56,782 nt of DNA. Source: Nannocystis sp. (lineage in GTDB: Bacteria > Myxococcota_A > Polyangia > Nannocystales > Nannocystaceae). Position 1 is the stretch's first letter. Each line of letters starts with the position of its first letter. The translations under genes and the position numbers were made by a program. Under the pieces are notes generated by a model. That model was not told where the DNA came from. It saw only the letters and a list, made by a program, of their open reading frames with translations, and did no database searches. Below are positions 9,151 through 19,002 of the stretch, one piece after another. The stretch covers positions 1 to 56,782 of the forward strand of contig JACCSO010000450.1 of the NCBI GenBank assembly GCA_013812955.1. Reading direction: 5' to 3'.

Positions 9151-11064
9151 ATGGAAGATCGACGTCACACCGAGCCGTGGCAGAGCGCGAGACCGAGCAG
9201 CGCCTCGGCCTCTGAGGATATTGATACTACCGCGGCGCGGACGCAACCGACGCCGACGCCTGCGAGCACAGGGGATGAACAGCTCCGAGGCCTCGCTATC
9301 GATGGGCGCTATCAAATCGACGCTTGCATTGGTGTCGGCGGAATGTCCCGGGTCTATTCCGGGCACCACATGCAAACCGGTGTGCGCGTCGCGATCAAGC
9401 TCATCGATCCTGCGCTGTCGCGTGACCCGGCCATCAAGCAGCGCCTTCTCGGAGAGGCGCGGGCGATGATGGAGCTGCAGAGCAACCACATCGTCCGGGC
9501 GCTCGACGTCGGAGCCCTGCCCTCGGGCCAACTGTACGTAATTATGGATTATCTCGGAGGTGAGAATCTTGACGCGCTCCTCACCAGAGAAGGCCCGCTG
9601 CCTTGGGCCCGTGTGGCGGCGATAGGCTTGCAGATTTGCGACGGGCTGGCCACCGCCCATCGCGGCGGCATCATCCACCGCGACATCAAGCCGCAAAACT
9701 GTTTCAGAACGACGATCGATGATACCCAAGAGCACATAAAGATTATCGATTTTGGCGTCGCACGTGAGATCCGCATTGATGCGGGATTAACCGAGCAAGG
9801 CGTTCTTCCGGGCACATCCGAGTATATGGCGCCGGAGTTGGTGAAGCGCGGGGTGCGAGCGAATGAGCGCTCAGACATCTACGCTGTCGGCGTGACCTTG
9901 TATAAACTGTTGACGGGGCACGTACCATTCCAAGGCGCGACCTACATGGAGACGCTTCGTCGGCACGTCGATGAGCCGCTGGTGCTGCCTAGCCTGGCCG
10001 CGCCGGATCGCGGCATCCCACGGGAAGTCGACGAGCTGATCGCCTGCGCCCTCACCAAGAATCCTGAGGAACGGTTTTCCAACGCGGGGGAACTGGCGCG
10101 CACTCTCCGTGCCATCCTCGAACGCCCGCCCCACACGACCTTGGCCAGTAGCTCCAGTGACGGTCCCGGAAAGCACGCGTCTACCGGCAGGCCCGGACAG
10201 CAAGGGCTCGCCTCGTCCATGCTTTTACCGGTCGGCCCACGCAGAGCCCAGCCTGACGATGCGCGAGTACAGGACCCGCCTCGCGCTGCGCCCCGGACTC
10301 TCGACTCGCGGTTCGTGCTTCTCCGCATGACCACACTCATGGCCGTGAGCGCGTTATTCATGGTCGGCACGTTCGTGATCCGCCCGCGCGCGGAGGCCTC
10401 ACCGAAATCACCGACCGCAGCAGAAGAACCTTCAGCCGCGCTCATTGCGGCCAAGACTGACAGATTGCCCTCGTCGCCGCCGGCCGCCGCAAGGGCGATG
10501 GCCTCAGAGCCCACTGCAAAAGCTCGAACGCACGCGCCAACGTCAATCAGTGCGACCCCGCCGACCGATACGAAGCAACCGCCCATCGAATCGCCGCCTG
10601 GCGACTTGGCTGCGCCGGAGACACCTGTCGTTGAGCCGGACGGCCTGGGCCCGCCTATCGCCGACGACCCGCTGATTGTCGTGGATCCAGAACAGCCGCC
10701 GGAGCCAATTGCGCCGGCCGAATCGGCGGCCACGCCCGAACCGACGGTCCCGCCCGAGCGCAACTTCGGCTACACCGGCGCGCGCAAGCTGGTCGAGGAG
10801 CAGCACGTGTATCTGCGCAACGAGTGCATGGGCAAAAAAGCCAAGAAGCCGCTTGCACGCTTGAAGTTTCGTGCCGACGTCCGTTCCGACGGGAGGCCCG
10901 CGCTCAGCGTGTTCTCTGGTGAAAAAGCCGTGCGCAGTTGCGTACGCGACCTGTTCAAGTTCCCGTTCGACTCGAGCCCTCGAGGCGGCGCCTTCGAATA
11001 CACGCTGACGATGACCACCGCCAGCCTGAAACCCGTGGCGGTCGATCCCGAGAAGGTGAACTGA
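9151..11064 (+). CDS. Transmembrane Ser/Thr protein kinase with Pro-rich linker and small periplasmic domain
   Basis: GVGGMSRV, VAIK, HRDIKPQN, IDFG, YMAPE, SDIYAVG. TM segment TLMAVSALFMVGTFVI. Confidence 0.95.
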   Translation: MEDRRHTEPWQSARPSSASASEDIDTTAARTQPTPTPASTGDEQLRGLAIDGRYQIDACIGVGGMSRVYSGHHMQTGVRVAIKLIDPALSRDPAIKQRLLGEARAMMELQSNHIVRALDVGALPSGQLYVIMDYLGGENLDALLTREGPLPWARVAAIGLQICDGLATAHRGGIIHRDIKPQNCFRTTIDDTQEHIKIIDFGVAREIRIDAGLTEQGVLPGTSEYMAPELVKRGVRANERSDIYAVGVTLYKLLTGHVPFQGATYMETLRRHVDEPLVLPSLAAPDRGIPREVDELIACALTKNPEERFSNAGELARTLRAILERPPHTTLASSSSDGPGKHASTGRPGQQGLASSMLLPVGPRRAQPDDARVQDPPRAAPRTLDSRFVLLRMTTLMAVSALFMVGTFVIRPRAEASPKSPTAAEEPSAALIAAKTDRLPSSPPAAARAMASEPTAKARTHAPTSISATPPTDTKQPPIESPPGDLAAPETPVVEPDGLGPPIADDPLIVVDPEQPPEPIAPAESAATPEPTVPPERNFGYTGARKLVEEQHVYLRNECMGKKAKKPLARLKFRADVRSDGRPALSVFSGEKAVRSCVRDLFKFPFDSSPRGGAFEYTLTMTTASLKPVAVDPEKVN

Positions 11065-11071
11065 GGCCCAC

Positions 11072-12382
11072 ATGACGAGTCTCGCCTCATCCTCGCAGTT
11101 CGACCTCCGCCGGTTCTCCGCTGGCGTCGGTCTGGTCGCTAGCCTCCTCGGCGTCGGCGTCGGCGTCCACCTGACCCTCCTCAAGTTCAAGATGGTCTAC
11201 ACGCCGTGCTTGAGCCCGACCGGTGGCTGCCAGGTCGGCGGCCTCAGTTGCGGCGCGGCGCTCGAGTCGACAATGTCGACGCTCTTCGGGCTCCCCATCA
11301 GCCTGTGGGGCTCCGCGTTCTACCTCGCCACCGCCGCGCTGACCGCCAGCCTCCTCGTGTGCCGCGAGAGCTTCGGCGGGACCGCGGCCCACATCCTCCT
11401 GCTGTTCGCGTGCCTCGGCGTGGCCATCAGCGGCGCGCTCGCCGCCTATACCGCGTTCGTGTTACCGTCGCCGTGCCCGTTCTGCCTCGCGCTCTACGCC
11501 ATCAGCGCGCTCTTGCTGTGGACCGCGTGGACGGTTCGCCAACCCAGAGACACCCACGCGCTGCGCTACCGCGAACTCTTGCGCGACCGCCCTGCCGATG
11601 CCGTGCACTGCGCCTTCGTCGCGCTACTGGTGTTCGTGTGCGGCGCCGGGATACAGTCGCTGGCCTACCATGGCATGCGCCATCAGGTGGACGCGCAAGT
11701 CGGCTGCCCCAAGCCGAAGGACCCGCTGCCAGACGCCACCATCAAGTTTGGCGCCAGGAATCCCGCCGCGATCATCGCCGTGTTCCTGGATATGTCGTGC
11801 CCAGCATGTCGCCGCGAGTTTCGCATGCTCGCCAAAACGGTCAGCGGCCAGAAGTTTCCCGTGCCGGTCCAGCTGTGGATCTACCACACGCCGCGACAAA
11901 CCTGCGATCTGGACGCATTCCCCGGTGGCTACCGCAAGGCGGATCCTGAGGCACGCAATGCCGACGCCTGCCTTGCCGCCCGCGCCGTGGAATGCATGGA
12001 GAAGCTGAGCGCTGGCCAGGGCTTCTGGTTGATCGGCGGATTGTTCGCCCTGCAAGAAAAGATCGATCCCAATACTCCGCTGTTTACACCCGAGAGAATC
12101 GCCGACCGCGCCGCGGATCGCGGCCTTGAGATCGACCCCGACGACCCGCGCAACGTGCTGTACGACTGCATCGACACAGATGCTACGGTGCTCAACCGCA
12201 TTACCACCCACCAGCGTTTCGCCGAGGATGAAAAGTTCAAGGTCCCGACCGTCGCGGTCTATCGCGCAATCGATGGCGCACCGGACCTCGAACGGAGGCC
12301 GCTGTTCGCGGATGCCGACACCCCGATCGAGGTCCTGAGCACCTACGCCGCCCAGCAAGCCGCCGTGGAGGTGGTCAAATGA
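11072..12382 (+). CDS. VKOR (vitamin K epoxide reductase) - DsbA/thioredoxin-like fusion
   Basis: Multi-TM N-terminus with loop cysteines, LFGLPISLWG and CPFC. C-terminal FLDMSCPACRR CxxC and KVPT cis-Pro-like loop. Confidence 0.85.
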   Translation: MTSLASSSQFDLRRFSAGVGLVASLLGVGVGVHLTLLKFKMVYTPCLSPTGGCQVGGLSCGAALESTMSTLFGLPISLWGSAFYLATAALTASLLVCRESFGGTAAHILLLFACLGVAISGALAAYTAFVLPSPCPFCLALYAISALLLWTAWTVRQPRDTHALRYRELLRDRPADAVHCAFVALLVFVCGAGIQSLAYHGMRHQVDAQVGCPKPKDPLPDATIKFGARNPAAIIAVFLDMSCPACRREFRMLAKTVSGQKFPVPVQLWIYHTPRQTCDLDAFPGGYRKADPEARNADACLAARAVECMEKLSAGQGFWLIGGLFALQEKIDPNTPLFTPERIADRAADRGLEIDPDDPRNVLYDCIDTDATVLNRITTHQRFAEDEKFKVPTVAVYRAIDGAPDLERRPLFADADTPIEVLSTYAAQQAAVEVVK

Positions 12383-13524
12383 CTCGACCGAACCGCATTG
12401 AACCGACGACTGCCCTGCTCGTCATCCTCACCGGCATGATGACGGTCACCATTCTCGCGGTGATCTATCTCGTGGCCTTCGCCGATCCGGGCCCGATCGG
12501 ACAAGCCCCGCCGCCAGGCGCGCCCCTCCTCGTCGAGCCGGAAGGCCCACCGCGTTGCGACGCCGCGAGCCTCGAGACGATGACGTGCCCACCCGGACAC
12601 TACTGCAACATCAACACCTGCGTGAAGATCGAAAAGGACCCGCTGTGCGGCGAGGGGGAGAGCTGCCGCGAGTGTGACTGCAAGACCGGCCTCGTGTGCC
12701 ATCACAACACCTGCATGGCCCAGACCATGGTCGAAGAAGTCCCGCTGATCTGCCAGGAGGACGAGAACCTGAGCAAAGCGGTCAAGCGGCTGGTCGAGCT
12801 GTGCAAGACCCGCAAAGCGGATCCCAACCAGATCGTCTCGACCGCCTCGTGCTCAGTCCAGGAGTGGGAGGACCTCGCTCTGAATGACAAAGACTTCGAT
12901 CTGATGCTCGCCGCGTTCCCGAACCGCTTCGCCGTGCACTTCCCGATCGGCCGGCCGAACCTATCCCGCCGCGACTGGCCAAAAGCCGCCGACCGAGAAT
13001 TCGCGATCGGGCAGATCCGAGCATACCGCCAAGTCCTGGGCGAAGCAAAGCAGATCTTCGTGATCGGCCGGGCCAGCCCCGACGGGGATCCGAAACACAA
13101 CCACGTGCTCGCCCTGGCGCGCATGAACCTTGTGAGCGAGCTGATCGACAAGGTCGTCTATGAAGGGATGACCCCGACAGAGCGCGCCAGGAAGCCGATC
13201 CACTCGCGCTCGTTCACGTTACCGACAACGCGGCCGATCCGTCCGGAGAAGTACGACAAGGTCTATCTGACCAACCCTGCTGGCTCGAAGTCCCTGAACC
13301 TCGACCCGCTCATGGCGTGGGACGAACGCTCGCTCAAGGACCTCCGGACCAAGCTCGACGACAAGGCGATGATCACCGAGATCGACAGCCCCGAGTACAG
13401 CAAGCTGCTCAACGCGATCAACCGCGTTGTCCTCGTCATCCCGATCCCGTGCACCGGCGACGAGTACGAAGAACGCCGCAACGATCTCGAGGCGGCAGCA
13501 GCGGCCGCCGGAGGTGGCCCGTGA
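12379..13524 (+). CDS. Membrane-anchored Cys-rich protein with C-terminal OmpA-like (peptidoglycan-binding) domain
   Basis: N-terminal TM, then a Cys cluster (CPPGHYCNINTC...CRECDCKTGLVCHHNTC), then VHF...IGRASPDGD..NHVLALAR...NRVV. ATGA overlap with the upstream gene. Confidence 0.7.
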   Translation: MTRPNRIEPTTALLVILTGMMTVTILAVIYLVAFADPGPIGQAPPPGAPLLVEPEGPPRCDAASLETMTCPPGHYCNINTCVKIEKDPLCGEGESCRECDCKTGLVCHHNTCMAQTMVEEVPLICQEDENLSKAVKRLVELCKTRKADPNQIVSTASCSVQEWEDLALNDKDFDLMLAAFPNRFAVHFPIGRPNLSRRDWPKAADREFAIGQIRAYRQVLGEAKQIFVIGRASPDGDPKHNHVLALARMNLVSELIDKVVYEGMTPTERARKPIHSRSFTLPTTRPIRPEKYDKVYLTNPAGSKSLNLDPLMAWDERSLKDLRTKLDDKAMITEIDSPEYSKLLNAINRVVLVIPIPCTGDEYEERRNDLEAAAAAAGGGP

Positions 13525-13694
13525 GCCCGGTGGGTGCGCGGCGGTTCGCGCTCGGCACGGGCTTCATCGCGGTGGTCGCCGTGTGCATGGCGGTACTGAT
13601 CGGCCTGCGCCTGCACCGGACCCGCGCCGCTCTGTCCTACCTGAAACACGCGGAGGGCTGCTTGCCTTCGGCGGCCTCTACGAGAACACCATGA
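13521..13694 (+). CDS. 57-aa single-pass membrane peptide
   Basis: GGAGG at 13510-13514. GTG 13521 overlaps the upstream TGA, and its TGA overlaps ATG 13691. Hydrophobic core FALGTGFIAVVAVCMAVLIGL. Confidence 0.6.
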   Translation: MSPVGARRFALGTGFIAVVAVCMAVLIGLRLHRTRAALSYLKHAEGCLPSAASTRTP

Positions 13695-14884
13695 CGACAC
13701 CGCCCTCCGCGAACAACGCCGCGTTGGCCCAGATGTACATCTGGTGGTCGCTCATTAACCTGTTCCTTGCGGTGACGGCGATCTGCGTGACGCTGTGGGC
13801 GTTCGTACAGGAACGGGACCTCCGCGGCGAGCTCGTCCAAGTCACCGCCGCGAGGGCTTGTCCACAGAAGGTCATCGTCTCCGCGAAGCCACCGATCGTC
13901 GACGAGGCCTTCGTGCCGGCTCCGCCACAGGACCAGGCCAAGTCCGGCTACATCGGCCGCTCGGGCACCTCGATCGTCGCCGCGATGACCCTTGAGCTCG
14001 AGGCGCTCCGCGAGGGCAGGCCCGAGGGGCCCATCGAGCACCTACGCCTCGGTTCGCAGCAGGTTCTACCCCCGCGCACGATTCACGTCGTAAACCTGTG
14101 GGCCACATGGTGCGCCCCATGCCTCGAGGAGCTGCCGGACTTCAAGGCCATGTTCACCCGGCGTCCCGACTGGGGCGACAAGGTCCGCTTCGTGCCCATC
14201 ATGCTCAAGGACGCCGCCGCGCCCGAGGCGGCTTACCGTGATAAGGTGATGCCGACCGCACCGTACAAGCTCGCCGACCGCGGCTTCAACGATCCGCTGG
14301 CCGCCATCCTCACCGCCGACGAGCAGCGCACGCTCTTCAAGGGCAACCTTCCCGTCACGCTCATCCTCGACTGCAACCGCCGCGTCCGCTGGGCCCAATT
14401 CGACAAGCTGCAAGGCGGCCAGTTCAAAGAGCTCGAGGGGTACATCGACCGCTTCATCGATGAGATCGACGACGACAGCCCCGGAGCCTGGTGCTCCCAG
14501 GAGTGGCCCGGAAACGGCCGCTGTGAGGGCGATGAGAACACCGAAAAACACCACAGCCTCGCCGACTGCGGCCCGCTACGAAAGATCTCGAAGAGCCCCG
14601 GCGATCCCGCCGTGGCCGTTTCAGTGCCACCGCCCGCGGAACCCTTGTGCCCTGAAGACAGCGTGACGCTCCCGGATGGCCGCTGCAAGCCTAAGCTGCG
14701 AGGCGACACCAAGGTGACTCCCCACAAACAACCCGTCATGGCGACCTGCGGCAATGGAGAGTGCAACGACGGCGAGGACAACACGAACTGCTGCGAGGAC
14801 TGTGCCTGTGAAGCGCCGATGGTCTGCAGGCAGATGGGCGCCGGCCCGAAGCGCTGCCTGCTCCCCGGGCTTCAGAAGAAGTAG
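13691..14884 (+). CDS. Membrane-anchored TlpA-like thioredoxin with Cys-rich C-terminus (397 aa)
   Basis: TM, VVNLWATWCAPCLEELP, LPVTLILD, then CGNGEC...CCEDCAC. Start moved to ATG 13691. Confidence 0.85.
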   Translation: MTTPPSANNAALAQMYIWWSLINLFLAVTAICVTLWAFVQERDLRGELVQVTAARACPQKVIVSAKPPIVDEAFVPAPPQDQAKSGYIGRSGTSIVAAMTLELEALREGRPEGPIEHLRLGSQQVLPPRTIHVVNLWATWCAPCLEELPDFKAMFTRRPDWGDKVRFVPIMLKDAAAPEAAYRDKVMPTAPYKLADRGFNDPLAAILTADEQRTLFKGNLPVTLILDCNRRVRWAQFDKLQGGQFKELEGYIDRFIDEIDDDSPGAWCSQEWPGNGRCEGDENTEKHHSLADCGPLRKISKSPGDPAVAVSVPPPAEPLCPEDSVTLPDGRCKPKLRGDTKVTPHKQPVMATCGNGECNDGEDNTNCCEDCACEAPMVCRQMGAGPKRCLLPGLQKK

Positions 14885-14894
14885 TCGAAGAACG

Positions 14895-14916
14895 AGGCGG
14901 GTTTGGGTTCCCGCCT
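14895..14916. terminator. Hairpin between convergent genes
   Basis: AGGCGGG / CCCGCCT stem with an 8-nt loop and no U tract. Confidence 0.4.
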
Positions 14917-15970
14917 ACTCAGGATCTTCAAAGCAATAGAGCTGACGAGGAGATGAGCAGTCAGGGGTGCTATAGTTGGTCCATTTTATATCCAAGGCCT
15001 GAGAGTACCCGGTCGCCCCTTTAGCCATGCCCGAGGGCGACCCCCAATTAACGCAGTGCCTGTCTACATACAGCTGAGTTCCATCCTCGTCAGTGTTTGA
15101 CCAGGGGAGTACATCCTGCATGGAAATTTTTGCCTCTGTCATGTCGATAGCATGGTCGAGGCTGCCGTCGATCAAGCCCGACCACCCATCTGCAACCTTC
15201 GTAATGCCGTCCGCCAGAATGTAAAGACCTGCGAAGCTTGGCATGCTGGCCGCCGTGAAGCGCGCTGACGGGCTACTGTTCGTGTCGCTCAGCCATGCCT
15301 TAAACGTCCCGCTCAGTCCCGCGGCTTGGGCCCTCGCGTTACATTGCGCATCGGCCCCTGAAAGCCCTGTCAAGCCCTGCATGTCACCCATTTTTCGCAT
15401 ATTCCCCTGATAGGCCTCGCTCGTTACGAACACGATACGACGGGAGAGCATGCAGGAATTTTCGCATCCGTCGCCATTCATCAGGTTTCCATCGTCGCAC
15501 TCCTCCTTCCCAGCCTCCACGAAGCTGTCTCCGCACGACGCCATCTTGCAGCCTTCTACGCACGCGTCCGTGTTGTCCGCATTGCCATCGTCGCACGCCT
15601 CGTCTCCCTCCACCACTGAATCCCCACAAATGGGAGCACAATCCGCTGGACAGGAGCTGTAGGTCTCATCACCTGCGCACACGCCATCCCCGCACGGCGC
15701 CTCGGTGGTCATCCCCGTCGTCTTGGTCGGATCGCTGGATGTTTCGGTCTGCGTACCGGTCTCCGTCGTTTCGCTTGTCATCAGGGTGCTCGTTGTATCG
15801 GCCTCCGTGCTTGTACCGGTGGTATCCGTGGTCATGGCGGTGGTGGTACCATCGGTCATCGTCGTACCGCCCGTCTGTTTCTCGAAGTCTTCGTTCTTTG
15901 CGGTCCAGTCGATGAGATTACAAGCAACAGCCGGGGCGACGAGGGCGACGAGGGTGACCAGGTGACGCAT
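14915..15970 (-). CDS. Lipoprotein with Thr-rich linker, myxobacterial Cys-rich repeats (DUF4215-like) and DUF1554/endostatin-like C-terminal domain
   Basis: Lipobox AVAC. CGDSVVEGDEACDDGN and CGDSFVEAGKEECDDGN repeats. VFVTS...GADAQC...FKAWLSD...LYCFE. Confidence 0.8.
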   Translation of the reverse strand: MRHLVTLVALVAPAVACNLIDWTAKNEDFEKQTGGTTMTDGTTTAMTTDTTGTSTEADTTSTLMTSETTETGTQTETSSDPTKTTGMTTEAPCGDGVCAGDETYSSCPADCAPICGDSVVEGDEACDDGNADNTDACVEGCKMASCGDSFVEAGKEECDDGNLMNGDGCENSCMLSRRIVFVTSEAYQGNMRKMGDMQGLTGLSGADAQCNARAQAAGLSGTFKAWLSDTNSSPSARFTAASMPSFAGLYILADGITKVADGWSGLIDGSLDHAIDMTEAKISMQDVLPWSNTDEDGTQLYVDRHCVNWGSPSGMAKGATGYSQALDIKWTNYSTPDCSSPRQLYCFEDPE

Positions 15971-16210
15971 GACTGCCCGATTATCGTCCTGACCGCGCAG
16001 CTTGACAAGGCTTCGGCGCAGCGAGGGCACTCGGCGAGCATGCAGGCGCCACCTTGACGCGTCCGAACACCGCGTGACCTCCTAGGCCAAGTGGGGTTTT
16101 AGGCCAGGTTCCGCCGCAGGGCGCCAAGAGCATCGTTCCCGCTCGCTTCCCTCCCGTGGCCTATCTTGCGCCGACCAGGGGGCGTATGATGCGGCCACCA
16201 AGGAACGCCG

Positions 16211-17521
16211 ATGAAGCTCGCCGCTACATGTTTCGCCCCGCTCCTTTCCCTGTCGGTCGTAAGTGCGGCGCCCGCCATCGCTACAGCCAGGCCGCTTGCA
16301 GCGCGGGTGTGGGCTGAGCACCCGGGGATGATGGCTCAGGCCTCGGGCGCTGGCAGGCCGGCAGCGATGAGCTCCAAGGACGATCGCGCGGCGGCCGCCG
16401 CCTCGAAGTACGAGCAGAACCGCCCCGTTGAGGCCGCGCTCGGGTTCGAGGGCCTGTGGAAAGACTACCCGGACGCGCCCGACTTCCTGTTCAACGCGGC
16501 GACCAGCCGCTTCGCCGCCGGCCACTTCGCCCACACGATCGCCCACACGGATCAGTACCTGGCGGTGAAGACGCTCGGCGAGTCGGAGCGCAAGGCCGCT
16601 GAGACCCAGCGCAGGGCCGCCGTCCTGCAGACCGGCGTTGTCGCGGTGACTGTCCAGCTCGGCGCGTCTCCGCAAGGGGCAGCCGTCGTCGAGCTCGTCG
16701 CGCAGTTCGTCTCCAGCGACTCCAGCGACATCCGATCCGAGCTCGTGTTCAAGGCGAAGCCCGATGGCACCGGGACATTGCACCTCGACCCCGGGTTCTG
16801 GACCGTGCGCGCTCAGGCCGCAGGCTATCAGTCGGCTGAACGGCAGGTGGAGGTGCACAAGGGCCAGACCGCGACGGTCGGACTTGACCTCGCACCCGCG
16901 CTGCAGGTTACCCCACCTGACGGCCCCATCGAACGTCCGCAGCATCCGCGTGAGGTCCCGCCCGTGGTCGTGCGTCGCAGCAAGATCGGCTTTGGCGTCG
17001 TCGGTGGTGTGTCCGCGGCCGCGGGTGTCGGCGTGATCATCTCCGGAAGCATCCAGGCCCGCAACGCCAGGGACTGCACGAAAGACTACCAGAGCTGTGC
17101 TATCGACCTTTCCCACGGTGTGACGAATCGCGGCGTAGGAGTGCTGGTGCTCGGCACCGGGTTAGGGCTGATCGTTGGCATCCTGCCCTGGATGGCAAAG
17201 GGCGCCGGAGCCCGCAAGAAGGCGTGGATCGCCCAGACGGTGATTGGTGGAGCCTCTGCTGTCGCAGGGCTCATCGTCCTCGGCGCCACCAGACCGGCGT
17301 TCATCGATGCACTTGTCGCCGGGGAGACCACCGACAATGGCCTGAAAGATGTCAAAGCTTCGAGCCACGTCGCCGGCAACCTTATGCTTGGCCTCGGCTT
17401 GGGGACGGCCATCAGCGCGATCACCAACCTCATCGTGCAACACCACCACCTACGTAAGGTCGAGATGAGCGCGTCCGTAGCCCGCGGTCAGTTCGGCCTC
17501 ATGTTTTCTGGCCGCTTCTGA
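16211..17521 (+). CDS. Secreted TPR/PEGA-like myxobacterial protein with Gly-rich hydrophobic C-terminus
   Basis: Signal peptide, helical FLFNAA segment, LDPGFWTVRAQAAGY PEGA-like strand, several Gly-rich helices; ends GLMFSGRF. Confidence 0.7.
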   Translation: MKLAATCFAPLLSLSVVSAAPAIATARPLAARVWAEHPGMMAQASGAGRPAAMSSKDDRAAAAASKYEQNRPVEAALGFEGLWKDYPDAPDFLFNAATSRFAAGHFAHTIAHTDQYLAVKTLGESERKAAETQRRAAVLQTGVVAVTVQLGASPQGAAVVELVAQFVSSDSSDIRSELVFKAKPDGTGTLHLDPGFWTVRAQAAGYQSAERQVEVHKGQTATVGLDLAPALQVTPPDGPIERPQHPREVPPVVVRRSKIGFGVVGGVSAAAGVGVIISGSIQARNARDCTKDYQSCAIDLSHGVTNRGVGVLVLGTGLGLIVGILPWMAKGAGARKKAWIAQTVIGGASAVAGLIVLGATRPAFIDALVAGETTDNGLKDVKASSHVAGNLMLGLGLGTAISAITNLIVQHHHLRKVEMSASVARGQFGLMFSGRF

Positions 17522-17539
17522 AAGTGGCTCACGAGCAGC

Positions 17540-17560
17540 GCCGCCTTTCTTGAAGGCGGC
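17540..17560. terminator. Hairpin between convergent genes
   Basis: GCCGCCTT / AAGGCGGC stem with a 5-nt loop. Confidence 0.5.
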
Positions 17561-17565
17561 TCAAC

Positions 17566-19002
17566 TCAAGAATCTGGGCGAGACATGGCCGAGGGGTTCG
17601 GCTTGGCCGGCGGTGTATACGAAGCCGCCAGCGTCTCGCGGAGGATGAGCGCGAGGATCAAGAGCAGCCCTGCGACCATGAGTGCCGCGATGATGACCGG
17701 TGTCGCGGCGGAAGCCGGCTTGACGTGCTGGAAAGAGGTCGGCCCTTCGGGAAGCTTCTCGAGAGAGGTCACACCAGGTGGGAGGGGTGTCCCCTGCTCA
17801 GGCAGGGCCCGTATCCGCGCCGCGCTTTCGCTGGGCGGTGTGCTCGCGGGCGACTTGGCCCCGATGCTGCTGGTCAAGGCCGACAAGGGCGTCACTTCGG
17901 CGCCCCTGCTTGAGGCGGACGGCGGGGTGAACTCGGAGCCGTTGTCGCGGCCGGCGGCCTGGGACGGGCGGATCGTCAACCGAATGGCGGCGGCGAGGTC
18001 GAGCACGCTGGCAAATCGCTCGTCGACCTTGAGCTCCATCGCGCGCATCACGATCGCCTCGACCTCCGGCGGAATGTCCCGTGCGGGTGCGCGGGTCCGC
18101 GGCGACTCGGGACGCTCGTGGGCCGTTTTATAAAGTGCGGTCAGCGTGTCCTTGCGGAACTTCTCAAACGGGAGCGTGCCCGTGAGACACTGGTACATCA
18201 TGACGCCGAGTGAGAAGATGTCCGCACGACCGTCGATCGTGTGCTCAGGGCGGCGCTCGATGATCTCGGGCGCGGCGTAGTGCGGAGTGCCGACGAACAC
18301 GCCGTCCTGCGTCAGCGGCGTCTCGATGGAGTCGTCCGAGAGCCCCGTGCTCTGGACCTTGGCGATGCCGAAGTCGAGGACCTTGATGTGCCATGGATCG
18401 TCGTCCAGCTCGGTGCAGAAGCAGTTGCTCGGCTTCATGTCACGGTGAACGATCTTGCGCTTATGGGTCGCGTGCAAGGCACGGCAAATCTGCAGGATCA
18501 GTGGAGCGAGGCGCGGCCAAGTGAACGCCTGTCCGGCGGCGGTCATCTCAGAGATGATCTCTGAAAGCGGCTTGCCGGTCAGAAGCTCCATAGCGAGGTA
18601 GACTTGGCCATCTTCAGTGCGTCCAGGCGGTTCAACCAACTGGATGACGTTCGGATGGCGAATCGCGGAGATCGCCTGGCCCTCCTTCAAGAATCTAGTG
18701 ATCGTCGCTTGGCTTAGCGACGACTCTTGCGACAACACCTTGATAGCGACGTCGTGCTCGTGTGAGTCCTGCGCGTGAGCGAGATAGACGACAGCCATCC
18801 CACCTCGGCCAATCTGATGAACAACCCGATACTTCCCGAATAGGCGACCTATGTTGGGGTCCTCCGCGCGTCCAAATTCCGCTTTAGCGCTCTGCTCCCC
18901 GGCCTCGGACAACAGGGGGGCAACGCCGATAACTGAATCTAGGCCGACAGGCACCCACTTGGGGCGGGGCTCCGGCGGATTTTCAGGTGGCGCGGTCGTC
19001 AT
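17566..19002 (-). CDS. Membrane-anchored Ser/Thr protein kinase (478 aa)
   Basis: GRGGMAVV, VAIK, HRDMKPSN, LDFG, GTPHYAAPE and a C-terminal TM. Start placed at MTTAPP. Confidence 0.92.
   Translation of the reverse strand: MTTAPPENPPEPRPKWVPVGLDSVIGVAPLLSEAGEQSAKAEFGRAEDPNIGRLFGKYRVVHQIGRGGMAVVYLAHAQDSHEHDVAIKVLSQESSLSQATITRFLKEGQAISAIRHPNVIQLVEPPGRTEDGQVYLAMELLTGKPLSEIISEMTAAGQAFTWPRLAPLILQICRALHATHKRKIVHRDMKPSNCFCTELDDDPWHIKVLDFGIAKVQSTGLSDDSIETPLTQDGVFVGTPHYAAPEIIERRPEHTIDGRADIFSLGVMMYQCLTGTLPFEKFRKDTLTALYKTAHERPESPRTRAPARDIPPEVEAIVMRAMELKVDERFASVLDLAAAIRLTIRPSQAAGRDNGSEFTPPSASSRGAEVTPLSALTSSIGAKSPASTPPSESAARIRALPEQGTPLPPGVTSLEKLPEGPTSFQHVKPASAATPVIIAALMVAGLLLILALILRETLAASYTPPAKPNPSAMSRPDS

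Noticed and set aside
8908-9735. 276-aa N-terminal extension of VgrG in the ORF track
   Set aside because: It is the antisense shadow of the kinase at 9151 plus intergenic DNA; VgrG motifs start at MQAPAK.
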